A stretch of DNA of 59,943 bases, from the IMG/VR virus record IMGVR_UViG_3300036760_000042, positions 1 through 59,943 of that record; one strand, given 5' to 3'. Numbering within the stretch: position 1 is the stretch's first letter; every line of letters begins with the position of its first letter. Origin of the DNA: a virus. Its lineage: Duplodnaviria > Caudoviricetes. The notes beneath the pieces were generated by a model. The model was not told the DNA's origin. It saw nothing but the letters and a program-made list of their open reading frames with translations, and did no database searches. Positions 7,656-17,828 of this stretch are shown here, piece by piece. The position numbers and the translations under genes are program-made.

Positions 7656-8443
7656 GCCGACAGGGCAGTGAAATCCCTCAGGGCATCTGGGAGCACTGCC
7701 GGGACCATCCACCCCTACCGGAGGGGCAGACACTCTCCCTGCTGCACAAGATCCAGCACGACGGGGATGAGCAGGCACTGAATCGCATCGTCGAGCACAA
7801 CCTGCGGTTCGTGGTGATGCAGGCGATGAAGTACTGCCGACGCCTGAAAGATGCGGAAGCCTCCGACCTCATCGGTGTCGGCACGGTTGGCATCATCAAC
7901 GCCGCGAAGAAGTTCGACCTGAGCAGTCAGGTGCGGTTCTTGACGTACGCCAAGTTCCACTTGGTTCAGCAGGTGCAGCTATACATCCGAGAGAAGTACC
8001 AGATTGCCAAGGTCCCGGTGCGGGCCTACTACCACATGCGCAACGGCCACGGGGGTAAGGAGACCGCGCAGCAGTCGGAGCTTTCTCGCATGGCCGGTAA
8101 TGCGGTGAAGGCGGCGATTCCGTTACACGAGAAGGTGGACCTGTCGGGCAATACGTTTGGCGATGTAGGCGGCGACGGTCGCGGCTGTCTTGGCGGGTTC
8201 TCGGCAACGCCGATAGACGACGACCGCAGGAACCACATGCTGTCGGCGATAGAGAGCCTGCCACCACGGTGGCGAACGGTCATGGTCATGCGGGTGTACG
8301 ATGAATTGTCCGGGGAGGACGTAGCGAAGGAACTGGGCGTGTCGCGCCAAGCGGTGCTAAAGACCGAGCGCAGGGCGGCAGAGGCAGTCAAGATGCACCT
8401 ATACATCAAAGGCGTTCTGGACAGGAGTCCACTCGATGCCTAA
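7652..8443 (+). CDS. Sigma-70 family RNA polymerase sigma factor
   Basis: Region 2 NLRFVV...DLIGVGTVGIINAAKKFD...RFLTYA; region 4 LPPRWRTV...VAKELGVSRQAV. Confidence 0.92.
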   Translation: MSRQGSEIPQGIWEHCRDHPPLPEGQTLSLLHKIQHDGDEQALNRIVEHNLRFVVMQAMKYCRRLKDAEASDLIGVGTVGIINAAKKFDLSSQVRFLTYAKFHLVQQVQLYIREKYQIAKVPVRAYYHMRNGHGGKETAQQSELSRMAGNAVKAAIPLHEKVDLSGNTFGDVGGDGRGCLGGFSATPIDDDRRNHMLSAIESLPPRWRTVMVMRVYDELSGEDVAKELGVSRQAVLKTERRAAEAVKMHLYIKGVLDRSPLDA

Positions 8444-8720
8444 CGAGTTCAAGAAAGCCTTGCAGGGGCTGATGCTGTCGGACCCGATGCAGTCCAAGCT
8501 GCGCCGGGCCATCGTCGAGCAAGAGAAGGTGCTCATCGAGGCGATAAAGATCGCAGCGTCGGATGACGTGGACGCTGTCGCCGCTCCAATCGTGGATGTG
8601 AAGATCGTGGCGTTCATCAACGCGATGACGCCAGAGGAACGCACGGCCTATGTGAAGACGGGAGAACTGCCACAGGCAGTGTTCACGAGGGTCAACGCAA
8701 AACTGGAGGACGGCAAGTGA
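8436..8720 (+). CDS. Hypothetical protein
   Basis: Overlaps the sigma gene; AGGAG RBS. Confidence 0.7.
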   Translation: MPNEFKKALQGLMLSDPMQSKLRRAIVEQEKVLIEAIKIAASDDVDAVAAPIVDVKIVAFINAMTPEERTAYVKTGELPQAVFTRVNAKLEDGK

Positions 8721-8866
8721 CACTATGGCAGCAAGGCAAGGCCGACACGGCGGTCGCACTCCTCGGGTGCAGCGTCATCGGGGGGATCATCCTCCTGCAT
8801 CTGCTGTTCTGGGGAGGGATTCTGTACTGCCTGTGGAAGCTCATCTCGTGGGTGGTGACGAAATGA
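8717..8866 (+). CDS. Small membrane protein (49 aa, not in the ORF track)
   Basis: GGAGG RBS, GTGA and ATGA overlaps; hydrophobic VIGGIILLHLLFWGGILYCLW. Confidence 0.6.
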   Translation: MTLWQQGKADTAVALLGCSVIGGIILLHLLFWGGILYCLWKLISWVVTK

Positions 8867-9207
8867 GCATCCTCGACTATTTCGGCGGTCTGTTCGGGCG
8901 GCTCCCAATGAACTACAGCGGCGACGAAATCGCCAACATGCAGGCCGACAGCACCATGCAGCAGCTTAACCGGCAGATGTTCGAGTATCAGCGCCAGCAG
9001 GGACTCCAGATGCTCATGCGTGATGCGAAGCGAGCGGGCGAGGCGCACCCGAGGGCCGACATCATCGACTCTTCGGTGCATGTGTCGGCTATGTTCGACC
9101 GCGCTGCGGCTGGAAAGAATCCGTATCGGGACGGTGCTATCGACACCACCGCAGTCGATGTTGTCGAGCCGAAGGCGCTCATAGGGGGCGGCAGTGATAA
9201 TTCGTAA
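8863..9207 (+). CDS. Hypothetical protein
   Basis: ATGA-coupled start MSILDYF. Confidence 0.6.
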   Translation: MSILDYFGGLFGRLPMNYSGDEIANMQADSTMQQLNRQMFEYQRQQGLQMLMRDAKRAGEAHPRADIIDSSVHVSAMFDRAAAGKNPYRDGAIDTTAVDVVEPKALIGGGSDNS

Positions 9208-9517
9208 CTGCTACGCCTACATGCCCCACCCGTGGGACAAGGCCATCAGCTTTGCCGTGATGGATATCGACCTCACCAAGCGCCCAGCGGAGAGTGTCGG
9301 CGCTCCGCTCACGATGGTCCCGCACGAGGAAGGCACGATATTCGGCGAACCGACGTTCTCGCTTAACACGGAGGCCGCGCAGAAGCTCATGGACAGCCTG
9401 TGGGCTGTCGGAATTCGACCGTCTGAGGGTACAAGCTCTACTGGCGCGATGCGTGCCACCCAGAAGCACCTCGAAGACATGCGCTGGTTGGCGATGAAAG
9501 GCAAGGGGCCGAAATGA
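9194..9517 (+). CDS. Hypothetical phage protein
   Basis: AAQKLMDSLWAVGIRP...ATQKHLEDMR motif. Confidence 0.7.
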   Translation: MIIRNCYAYMPHPWDKAISFAVMDIDLTKRPAESVGAPLTMVPHEEGTIFGEPTFSLNTEAAQKLMDSLWAVGIRPSEGTSSTGAMRATQKHLEDMRWLAMKGKGPK

Positions 9518-9656
9518 GCGCATGGAGGGAGTGCGAGGAACACCCACAGCCTGAGTGTGCGTGCGGCGCAGACAGGACCGGCGTGTCGATGTACTGCCAG
9601 TGTTGCAACATGCTGACGACCCTCCCGCATAGCCACCCGGAGCTTTCGCCAATCAG

Positions 9657-11285
9657 ATGCCCGAGCCTGAAGACATAGCCGCCCGCGCCCATGCTCAGAT
9701 GCTTGAGCATCAGGCGTTGTTCCGTGCCGACCCGTGGTACGCCATCGAGCGCGGCTGGGTCATCACGCAGGATGAGCACCCGCCAGAGGGGGTGCCAGCG
9801 GTGCGCCCATTCCCGGCGCTCGACAACCTGAGGGCGGCAATGGTCATGATGCTGACCGAGCAGCGAGGCATGATGGCCAAGACGCGCCAGTTGATGATCA
9901 CGTGGCTGGTGGCGTGGCTGTTGCTCTGGGACGCCATCACCGTGGAGGGGCGGCTCAACATCATCCAAGGCAAGCGGCTCGATGACGTGATGGCGAAGGG
10001 GCAGAAGAGCGTGCTCGGTCGCATCAGGTTCATGCGGAAACACCTGCCCGCGTTTCTCCAGCCCGAGGTTCTCGAAGAGAACATGACCTCGGAGTCCTAC
10101 GCGAACGGGTCCACCATCGAGGCATTGCCGGAAGGCGGTTCGGTGGTCAGGTCGCGCACGCCGTCGCGCATGCTGATGGACGAGGTCTGCTTCCACGAGA
10201 GCGGCGAGAGCAACTGGAACGCCGCCAACCCTGCGGCTGGATGGCTCTGGGCGGTGTCGACACCAAACGGTCACGAGTTCCTGTGGAGACAGGCAGACCG
10301 AGACAAGCCGTGGGACGACTGGCGTCACTGGCCGGAGATCCGCAAGGGCCTGCACGGCTACAAGAGCGCCAACGGCATCATGCTCGCGTTTCTGTCGTGG
10401 GAGTCGGACCCGTCCAGATGCACGCCAGAGGCGGCGTCAGCGCGGCGGAAGGGGTACACGTCGGAGCGCGACTTCATGCGCGAGCAGATGGGCAGCTTCT
10501 CGATCTACTCCGGTGTGGGTGTCTACTCCAACGAGTTTCGAGAAGACACGCACGTCATCGCGAAGTACGTGCCGAATCCGATGGGTCCAATCATCAGGGG
10601 CTGGGACTTCGGGTACAACGGGCAGGCGGTGGGGTTCTATCAGTTGAACTCGCTTGGCCAGCTTGTCTGGTTCGACCTGATCATCCTCAAGCATGTCGGT
10701 CTCCCGGTAGTGGCGCAGGAAGCGGTGCGCCGCATGGGCGTGTACCACTCGGTCACCAAGCAGCGCAAGTTCATCGGCGCGGACGGTCAAGGGACCATCA
10801 TCGGCCCGGTGGTGAACGACTACGGAGACCCCGCAGGCGAAGCGCACGATGCGCAGGGGGAAACGGTCGCGGCGGTACTGTCCCGGCACGACATCCACGT
10901 GCGCTCCAAGCCGACCACCGGGCGCAAGAGTCATCTGGTCGAGCAGGTGCGCATGTTGCTGATGCCACGGAGCGACGGCACCCCGGGTATATTATTGGCT
11001 CGGAACAGTCCCGAGATGGAACACGCCATTGCAGGCTTCAACGGCGGCTACCACTGGGGACCACCGAAGGACGGCAAAGCGGAAAAGACAGTCCCGCACA
11101 AGGATGGGTTCTACGACCACATCTTCGACCAACTGCAGTACGCTGTGGACCATGTTGCGCCGTTGCGCCCGGCGTGGAAAGAAGACAGTCCTCAGGGCAA
11201 TATCTGGTGGCGCGAGGAATCAATCGGCGTGGGCAATGAGGTTGACCTGCCATACGGCAGCGACCAGCGCACCACGCCATTCTAG
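9657..11285 (+). CDS. terL: Terminase large subunit
   Basis: Walker A-like KTRQLMIT, Walker B MLMDE, coupling motif STPNG, nuclease GWDFG and DHIFDQLQY. Confidence 0.9.
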   Translation: MPEPEDIAARAHAQMLEHQALFRADPWYAIERGWVITQDEHPPEGVPAVRPFPALDNLRAAMVMMLTEQRGMMAKTRQLMITWLVAWLLLWDAITVEGRLNIIQGKRLDDVMAKGQKSVLGRIRFMRKHLPAFLQPEVLEENMTSESYANGSTIEALPEGGSVVRSRTPSRMLMDEVCFHESGESNWNAANPAAGWLWAVSTPNGHEFLWRQADRDKPWDDWRHWPEIRKGLHGYKSANGIMLAFLSWESDPSRCTPEAASARRKGYTSERDFMREQMGSFSIYSGVGVYSNEFREDTHVIAKYVPNPMGPIIRGWDFGYNGQAVGFYQLNSLGQLVWFDLIILKHVGLPVVAQEAVRRMGVYHSVTKQRKFIGADGQGTIIGPVVNDYGDPAGEAHDAQGETVAAVLSRHDIHVRSKPTTGRKSHLVEQVRMLLMPRSDGTPGILLARNSPEMEHAIAGFNGGYHWGPPKDGKAEKTVPHKDGFYDHIFDQLQYAVDHVAPLRPAWKEDSPQGNIWWREESIGVGNEVDLPYGSDQRTTPF

Positions 11286-11296
11286 GAGGCAGCACA

Positions 11297-11644
11297 ATGG
11301 CAACTCCGGGCGCGTACATGAATGCGAATCAGCAGGGCGACGGCGCAGCGGTAGAGTCTGAAGGCGCGGCAGGCGCTGGCGAGCCGACACCGGCCCGTGC
11401 AGGCGGTGGCATGAGCGACGAAGGTGAATACAACTCGGCGGCGCAGAACGCCAACGCATCTCAGCATGGCCGTCCAGCCATCTCCGAGAAGCCCGACAAC
11501 CTGACAGGCAGCATCGAGAGCAGCGGGCCGAGCAGGAGCGAAGGCGACATCGGCATCCAACAGTACCCCTACGTTGGCCCCCCGTCGCGGACGACTGCCC
11601 CGGGAGGTTCCGGCAACCCGTACGAGGGTGACGGCGGTCTGTGA
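11297..11644 (+). CDS. Low-complexity acidic Gly-rich protein
   Basis: AGGAGG RBS. Confidence 0.65.
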   Translation: MATPGAYMNANQQGDGAAVESEGAAGAGEPTPARAGGGMSDEGEYNSAAQNANASQHGRPAISEKPDNLTGSIESSGPSRSEGDIGIQQYPYVGPPSRTTAPGGSGNPYEGDGGL

Positions 11645-11737
11645 ACGAGCCGCTTGATCTGATCAAAGGCGAGCCGCCCGAGGCGTTCAGGACTCACGCC
11701 AAGGGCGGCTCCTATCCCCAGCAAGGAGCCAATCCAG

Positions 11738-12430
11738 ATGCCAGCAAAAAAAACCCCAAAGAAGATTGCCAGCGCCTCGCCTAAGAAGAAGCCGTTGCCT
11801 GTCCATGTCGCGGTAATCATTGACGAGAGCGGGAGCATGTCGTCATGCGAGCAGGCCACGCGGTCTTCGTTCAACGAGTTCATCGAAGTGCAGAAGCAGG
11901 ACAAGGCAGTCGCAAGCATCACCCTGACGGCGTTCAACACGGCGTGCAGGAAGGTGTTCTCGGGTGTCCAGACGAAGTCCGCACCGCTGCTGACTGAGAA
12001 GAACTACTGCCCGCACGGGCTGACCGCGCTGCACGATGCGGTGGGCGTAACAGTCAATGCGCTGATGAAGGCTGTCCCGAAGAAGCATCGGGTGCTGTGC
12101 TGCATCATGACCGATGGGCAGGAAAACGCCTCGAAGGAATATGACCTCAGCGACATCAAAGCGCTCATCGAGAAGATGCAGAAAACGAAGCTGTGGACGT
12201 TCGTGTTCATCGGGGCGAACCAGAATGCGTGGTACGAGGGGAGCAAGATGGGCATCCCCATAGGGAACGCGATCAACTACGCCGCTACACCCGCTGGCAC
12301 CATGGCGGCTGGGGCGGGACTTATCTGCAACACGTCGGCCTACACGCACAGCGCGGCTGGGAGCACGCAAACATTCTGGGGCGGGCAGCGCGTGGTAACG
12401 CCAGCCAAGACCCCTCGGGGGAAACACTGA
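11738..12430 (+). CDS. von Willebrand factor A (vWA) domain protein
   Basis: MIDAS DESGSM, TALHDA, MTDGQENAS. Confidence 0.9.
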   Translation: MPAKKTPKKIASASPKKKPLPVHVAVIIDESGSMSSCEQATRSSFNEFIEVQKQDKAVASITLTAFNTACRKVFSGVQTKSAPLLTEKNYCPHGLTALHDAVGVTVNALMKAVPKKHRVLCCIMTDGQENASKEYDLSDIKALIEKMQKTKLWTFVFIGANQNAWYEGSKMGIPIGNAINYAATPAGTMAAGAGLICNTSAYTHSAAGSTQTFWGGQRVVTPAKTPRGKH

Positions 12431-13086
12431 TGGCCGACAACTCGTTGTCGGCGGTGGAGAGGGCTTCTGGCGGCAAGCTCCCCGTGTGGGTCAACGACCC
12501 GGGAGAAGGCGTGCACCTGCACCTCGGGGCATGGAAAACCCCGAAGGCTGGTTACATCAACGTCGATAGAGTTCCGTTCGATGGCATCGACGCAGTGGCC
12601 GACCTCGAAAAGGACTGGCCGTGGGAGGACAGTTCGGTGGACAGCATCGTCGCTCTGGATGTCGCCGAGCACTTGCGCGGGTGGTACGAGTTCCCTGACC
12701 CGGTGTACCTGCGAATGGTCAGAGCGGCAACGGACCCCTTGGAGGCCGTGAAGATTCTGGCGCAGGCCATTGAGCACCCCGTCCGTCGATACGGGGCAAT
12801 CCACTTCATGAACGAGGCGTGGCGCGTGCTGCGCCCAAACGGACGGATGCTCTTGTCGGTGCCCAGCACTGTGGGTGTTGCAGCGTTTCAGGACCCGACT
12901 CATGTGAGCTTCTGGAACGCCCGGTCGTTCTCGTACTACCTGATCGACAACGAGACACACCAGCCCGGGACGTGGAACCCAGACATAACGGCCCGCTTCC
13001 TGATGTCGAGTGGGTGGTCCGTCGTCATGTCTGACCAGCAGTGGGACAGCGCCCATCTCCGGGCCTACAAGGGCGATGGCATATAA
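12430..13086 (+). CDS. Class I SAM-dependent methyltransferase
   Basis: LHLGA, GYINVD, VADLEKDWPW, AEHL, EAWRVLRPNG, FQDPTHV. Confidence 0.88.
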   Translation: MADNSLSAVERASGGKLPVWVNDPGEGVHLHLGAWKTPKAGYINVDRVPFDGIDAVADLEKDWPWEDSSVDSIVALDVAEHLRGWYEFPDPVYLRMVRAATDPLEAVKILAQAIEHPVRRYGAIHFMNEAWRVLRPNGRMLLSVPSTVGVAAFQDPTHVSFWNARSFSYYLIDNETHQPGTWNPDITARFLMSSGWSVVMSDQQWDSAHLRAYKGDGI

Positions 13087-13124
13087 TTGACCCGGAGCAG
13101 TTCATGTCCTTCGGAGGATTCGCG

Positions 13125-13334
13125 ATGGCTCAAGGCAGAGTGGCAGACGCAGCGGCCAATAAGTATTCGGCTGGCGGCGGAGAGATGAACACGTTCAACG
13201 TGAAGGACTCGGACGACGGCGACGGCAATAACGTGTTCGTCGGCGACCTGTCCGTCCAGAATCTGGTGATGCTCGGGCTCGCGCTGCCGTGTGTCGGTGG
13301 CGAGGAGTACAACGAACCCGGCGAGAAGGAGTGA
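13125..13334 (+). CDS. Hypothetical protein
   Basis: GGAGG RBS. Confidence 0.5.
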   Translation: MAQGRVADAAANKYSAGGGEMNTFNVKDSDDGDGNNVFVGDLSVQNLVMLGLALPCVGGEEYNEPGEKE

Positions 13335-13336
13335 CC

Positions 13337-13618
13337 ATGGCAGGAACCCTGATGGAAAAGGTCAACGGCTGGCTTGGCAAGCGGGGCAACAAGTCGGAAA
13401 TAAAGGGTCCGCGTGGTCGCGGCAGGATTGGCTACGGTGGCGGCGCTGGTGGCGGAACCTCCGTCCCCAGACCCAAGGCGATGTCCATCCAGTCCCCGGC
13501 GACATCCGTCCCCAGACCCAATGGGAATCTGTCGATACCGAGGCCGAAGACAGGAGGAACGTCAATCCCACGCCCGACTGGCGGAGCCGTCGTCAGGGGC
13601 ATCTTCGGGAAATTATGA
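13337..13618 (+). CDS. Small basic Gly/Arg-rich protein with four S(V/I)PRP repeats
   Basis: AAGGAG RBS; TSVPRPK, TSVPRPN, LSIPRPK, TSIPRPT. Confidence 0.65.
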   Translation: MAGTLMEKVNGWLGKRGNKSEIKGPRGRGRIGYGGGAGGGTSVPRPKAMSIQSPATSVPRPNGNLSIPRPKTGGTSIPRPTGGAVVRGIFGKL

Positions 13619-13935
13619 AGACTGTCGTCACAATCACGACGCCTCCGCTGGAGTGGAGCAAGCAAAAGCTGGTCGAGATGCGCCGCGACATACTCCTCTT
13701 CTTGGCCCAGCAGTGCGCGCCGAACTCGCAGTGGACTGAGACTCTGGTGGGCATGCCGCCCGAGAAGCCGAAAGCAGCGCCAATGTACGTGAAGCTGAAG
13801 TGCAAATCGTGCAAGCTGGCACCGTGGTACGCGGACAAGTTCACGTCGTGCCCGGTGTGCGGGCAAAGGCAAACCGTTGTGAAGGCCACCGTCAAGCGGG
13901 TTCCGCTTCCAGACGGAGTGCAGGCGGTCGAATGA
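13615..13935 (+). CDS. Zn-ribbon protein
   Basis: CKSC...CPVCG; ATGA overlap. Confidence 0.6.
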   Translation: MKTVVTITTPPLEWSKQKLVEMRRDILLFLAQQCAPNSQWTETLVGMPPEKPKAAPMYVKLKCKSCKLAPWYADKFTSCPVCGQRQTVVKATVKRVPLPDGVQAVE

Positions 13936-13970
13936 CCGGGAAGCCAACGCCGCAGTAACTCGGAGACGCC

Positions 13971-16100
13971 GTGCCCATAGAGTCAGCCCAGACTGCTCGA
14001 TTCACCGGGAACCCGTTCAACTACCCGATCCTCTCCGGGGACGTACACCAGAGAGCCGTTCGGATGGTTTCAGAGCGGCTCAAGTACGGGGAGAACTTCC
14101 ACAAGTCGCAGTTCGAGCGGTTCTACCGTTACGAGCGGCTCTACAACATGGTCGCCAAGCGCAAGCAGGCTGACTGGAGAGCCAACGCATTCCTGCCCTA
14201 CGCCTTCTCAATCGTCGAGCAATCAGCGGCGATCAAGTGGCTCGCGCTGATGCTGACGAAGCCCTACGTCACAGTCACAGCCCGCATCGCGGAGCTAGAG
14301 GACGTTGCGGCCAGACGCGGCCAGATACTCGACTGGCGCTTCTCTGGTGACCTAGACCTGCCGACGCTGTCTGGCACCGCCTTCCGCCAGTGTGAGCGTT
14401 ACGGGAAGTCAATCATCGCGATTGCTCCGGACTGGTGCAGCAACACGATGGTCTACCGAGACTACACGGAACTCCCTACGGCACTCGGCCCGCAGGCCCG
14501 CATCGCATGGAAGAGCCGCGACGACAACACCTACAGGCTCAAGGCGCAGGTCGTGGACCTGACGGACTTCATCGGAGAGCCGGGCAAGCGCCGGATCAAT
14601 GGGCCGGACGGAATGCGTTGGACGATCCTGAAGCGCGTCAAGGATTACGACGAGCTTGAGGAGATGGAGGCGCGGCAGGAGATCGGCATTGCTGTCGGTG
14701 GGCAGCCTCTCAGTGCTTTGACATTCGGAATGCCAGCGGAGGCTTCCGAGAACTACAAGCTGCGCCGCTCGCTCATGGGCAGCGGCGGGGATCTGGAGCA
14801 AGACAAGGACCCCTACGCGAGGCCGGTCGAGCTTTCGGTGTTCCAAGGCTACGTCCCGCGCCACGGCTTTGTTGACCCGCAGATAGCCGAGATGGAAGCG
14901 CAAGACGGAAGAGACCCCTTCATGCGCCTCATCGTCATCGCGAACCGCCAGACATGCCTGATGAACATTGCCCTTCCGTGGGACCACCGGATGTGGGGAT
15001 ACGTGGAAATGGATACCGTCCCCGACCCCTACGAGTTCTGGGGGCGAGGGAAGATCCAGCCAGCCGAGCACCTGCTGTACGTCGCAAACGAAATCACGAA
15101 CATGCGACTCGACAACGTCAAGCAGGCGGTCCACGGCATGATCGGTGTCTGGGGCGACCGGATGCCAGCCGGATGGAAACGCCGAATGATGCTTCAACCG
15201 TGGGGGATCATAGAGACGGCAGGCCCAATCAACGAAGCCATTGGCCGCATCAACATGGGCGACGTCACCGCGAGTTCCTACGAGGAGCAGCAGCAACTCT
15301 GGACACTGATCCAAGAAACCAGCGCCATCAACGAGACCATGATGGGCGCTCCGGGGCCGTCCAGAACCTACGGGGAGCACGCATTGAAGGCAGAGAGCGC
15401 CAGCAAGCGGCTCCAGTTCGAGCTTGTCGGGCAGTCCCAGCAACTGCTCGCGTATCCGTTCGGCCTGTCCGGGTTCGTCACGAAGCTCGACCGCCAGTAT
15501 CTGCCCCTGCCGGTCTACGTTGGCGTTGTCAGGCCAGACTCACCAGACGATTTCATGACCATCAAGATGCGGCCATCGGATTTCTCGGCGGACGACCGGT
15601 ACTTCCAGTACCAGCCGACTGGCGCAACCGAGGGTATCAACCTTGCCGCAAAGCGTTCCGACCTCGAACAGATGATCGGGGCGCTCGCGCCACTGCTGCC
15701 GATGCTCCTTCCGATGGGCTTTAACGTCGCGGAACTCGCATCGACAATCATCAAGACCTTCGGGTCGGACCCGAAGCGGTTCTTCCCGCCACTGATTGGG
15801 GCAGACTCAGCGCTTCAACCGGGGATGGGTTCCCCGGGAGACCTGCCGCAGGGGATGGGGCAGGGTCCGGGCGGAGCGCCGATGGGGCCGGGAGGGCCGG
15901 GGGGGCTGGTGCCGCCAGACATGGGCCAGATGCCCGGGGGAATGGGTCAGATGCCGGGAGGCATGGGCATGGGCGCACCTATGGGCGGAGGGCTGCCGCC
16001 GCCTCCTCCGGTGATGGGGCGAGAGCCTACCGGCGGGATGATGGGAATGGGGCCGGGAATGAATCCAATTCTGTCGGCAATCATGTCGGGGAGGCGGTGA
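13971..16100 (+). CDS. Portal protein (podovirus-like) with a Gly/Met/Pro-rich tail
   Basis: Size and position between terL and scaffold/capsid; WRANAFLP and EFWGRG...NEITNMRLDN motifs. Confidence 0.85.
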   Translation: MPIESAQTARFTGNPFNYPILSGDVHQRAVRMVSERLKYGENFHKSQFERFYRYERLYNMVAKRKQADWRANAFLPYAFSIVEQSAAIKWLALMLTKPYVTVTARIAELEDVAARRGQILDWRFSGDLDLPTLSGTAFRQCERYGKSIIAIAPDWCSNTMVYRDYTELPTALGPQARIAWKSRDDNTYRLKAQVVDLTDFIGEPGKRRINGPDGMRWTILKRVKDYDELEEMEARQEIGIAVGGQPLSALTFGMPAEASENYKLRRSLMGSGGDLEQDKDPYARPVELSVFQGYVPRHGFVDPQIAEMEAQDGRDPFMRLIVIANRQTCLMNIALPWDHRMWGYVEMDTVPDPYEFWGRGKIQPAEHLLYVANEITNMRLDNVKQAVHGMIGVWGDRMPAGWKRRMMLQPWGIIETAGPINEAIGRINMGDVTASSYEEQQQLWTLIQETSAINETMMGAPGPSRTYGEHALKAESASKRLQFELVGQSQQLLAYPFGLSGFVTKLDRQYLPLPVYVGVVRPDSPDDFMTIKMRPSDFSADDRYFQYQPTGATEGINLAAKRSDLEQMIGALAPLLPMLLPMGFNVAELASTIIKTFGSDPKRFFPPLIGADSALQPGMGSPGDLPQGMGQGPGGAPMGPGGPGGLVPPDMGQMPGGMGQMPGGMGMGAPMGGGLPPPPPVMGREPTGGMMGMGPGMNPILSAIMSGRR

Positions 16101-16472
16101 GTGATGGCAGATGACTTTGAGTACGACGAGAAGGAAGCTACCCTGATATGGTATCGGCTCGTGAACTCGGACGACTACAAAGCGTGCGTGCAGTTCGAGG
16201 CGACGATGCGGTTGTCGAAGGCCATCTCGGACGGGCTTGACCGCAGCATGTCTGGCAGCGACCGCGATGCGGCCTCCGGGCGCGCCGAGGCATGGACCGT
16301 GGTGTCGAACTGGGGGCCGTACTACACGAAGATGTACGAAGACCTCAAGCGCGAGCAGTCTGATGTGCGCGTCGGCGATGCCGAGGCCCCCCCTCGGTGG
16401 CCCGAAGAATCCAAGGCTGACGTGCCCGCAGAGGCTGACAGGCGGTGGCCGTACTCGGAGCCAGTCCTATGA
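16101..16472 (+). CDS. Hypothetical protein following the portal
   Basis: GGAGG RBS; adjacent to the portal stop. Confidence 0.65.
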   Translation: MMADDFEYDEKEATLIWYRLVNSDDYKACVQFEATMRLSKAISDGLDRSMSGSDRDAASGRAEAWTVVSNWGPYYTKMYEDLKREQSDVRVGDAEAPPRWPEESKADVPAEADRRWPYSEPVL

Positions 16473-16660
16473 GCAACGACCCCTCCCCGTGGGCAGAGTG
16501 GTCCGAGCCCTTCCCTGAGCCTGAGCGAGCCTCTACGGCGGAACTCCTTCGCGAAGCAGTGCAGGACCGGCGCGAAGAGGAGGCGGAGTCGCAAAAGAAT
16601 GCGCTGCTCTACGAGAAATACGCCAACCGCATGACCCGAGACGGCAGGATCATCCTCTAG
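16469..16660 (+). CDS. Hypothetical protein
   Basis: ATGA overlap. Confidence 0.5.
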   Translation: MSNDPSPWAEWSEPFPEPERASTAELLREAVQDRREEEAESQKNALLYEKYANRMTRDGRIIL

Positions 16661-16744
16661 CCGCACGACACCCTCCCCGCTGTGCCTATGTTTGCCACCG
16701 TAGTCCCCCTGCTATCGCAGGACGACGACTACGTGAGGTGACAT

Positions 16745-17809
16745 ATGGACTTGCCACGATTCAACCCCGAAGGACAGGGCGCGCAGGGCACAGGGAATAT
16801 CCCCCCCGAAGCGTTCCGTCAGGGACTCTCACCAGCAGACCTAGACCTGCTCGGCGCGACTACGCGACCGGAAGATAACCCGGCAGTGCAGTCGACCATG
16901 AACCAGCAGGTGGACGCGATGCTGGCAGAGACTGGACTTGCCACGCCCTCGGAAGGCCCCGGGACTGCAGCCGTGGAGGCTGAAAGCCCGACGACGCCGA
17001 CCCCGCAAGGTCAAGCGCCAGAAGACAGCAGAGACGAGAAGCTCGAGCGCCTCAGAGGGAAGTACGGAGACAACTACGACGAGCTTGCCAAGGCGTACCT
17101 GAACATCAATCGCACGAGTCTTCAGACGAATCAGGAAAACGCAGACCTTCGCAGGGAGCTTTCCGAGATCAAGTCGATGCTCGGAGAGCGGCAATACTCC
17201 CCTGAGCAGGCAAGACTGCCGCAGGCCGAAGCGCCGCTCACCCCGGACGACTTCTACCGCGACCCGATTGCGACCACGAGCAAGATCATCTCCGAGCAGC
17301 TTGTCGGGTTTGCTCAGGCTCTGGAGTCGCAGAGGGTGAACGAACAGCGGGAAAATCAGTTCCGGCAAACGGTCGAGAAGCGCCAGACAGAGATCGAGCG
17401 CCTGTCCCCCATCATGGAGGACATCGCAGGCAGACGCCCAGAGCTATACCGCGCCCTGCCCCGCGAAACAGCGTTGGACCTTCTTCTGGAGCAGGCCAGA
17501 GACCGGGAGGCCGCAACCCGTGGTGTCGCTCTCCAGAGCGAACTGTACCAGACCATGGGCTGGCATCCAGCGACACCGACCAACACCGCCCCGCCTGTCG
17601 GCGCGGGTGGGTTCCCTGTTGGCGGCGTGGCATCGACGCGAGCGGTTGCTCCTCCGCAAGGCTCCGGGCCAACGCCGGGGCAAGGATGGGCCAACACGGG
17701 CGCGATGCAGCGGCTCATGCGTTCAACTCCTGACACGTCCAGCGAAGACCGTGCGCTAAACGAGGTGTTGAAGGAACGCCAGTTTGGCGAGCATATCCCC
17801 ATCTACTGA
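16745..17809 (+). CDS. Capsid scaffolding protein
   Basis: Directly upstream of the capsid gene; GKY...ELAKAYLN motif, coiled coil, acidic. Confidence 0.75.
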   Translation: MDLPRFNPEGQGAQGTGNIPPEAFRQGLSPADLDLLGATTRPEDNPAVQSTMNQQVDAMLAETGLATPSEGPGTAAVEAESPTTPTPQGQAPEDSRDEKLERLRGKYGDNYDELAKAYLNINRTSLQTNQENADLRRELSEIKSMLGERQYSPEQARLPQAEAPLTPDDFYRDPIATTSKIISEQLVGFAQALESQRVNEQRENQFRQTVEKRQTEIERLSPIMEDIAGRRPELYRALPRETALDLLLEQARDREAATRGVALQSELYQTMGWHPATPTNTAPPVGAGGFPVGGVASTRAVAPPQGSGPTPGQGWANTGAMQRLMRSTPDTSSEDRALNEVLKERQFGEHIPIY

Positions 17810-17828
17810 TGGGTAAGGAGAAGCAGCC

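Noticed and set aside
15820-16100. G-rich repeats at the end of the portal gene as a separate element
   Set aside because: They encode a Gly/Met/Pro low-complexity tail in frame with the portal
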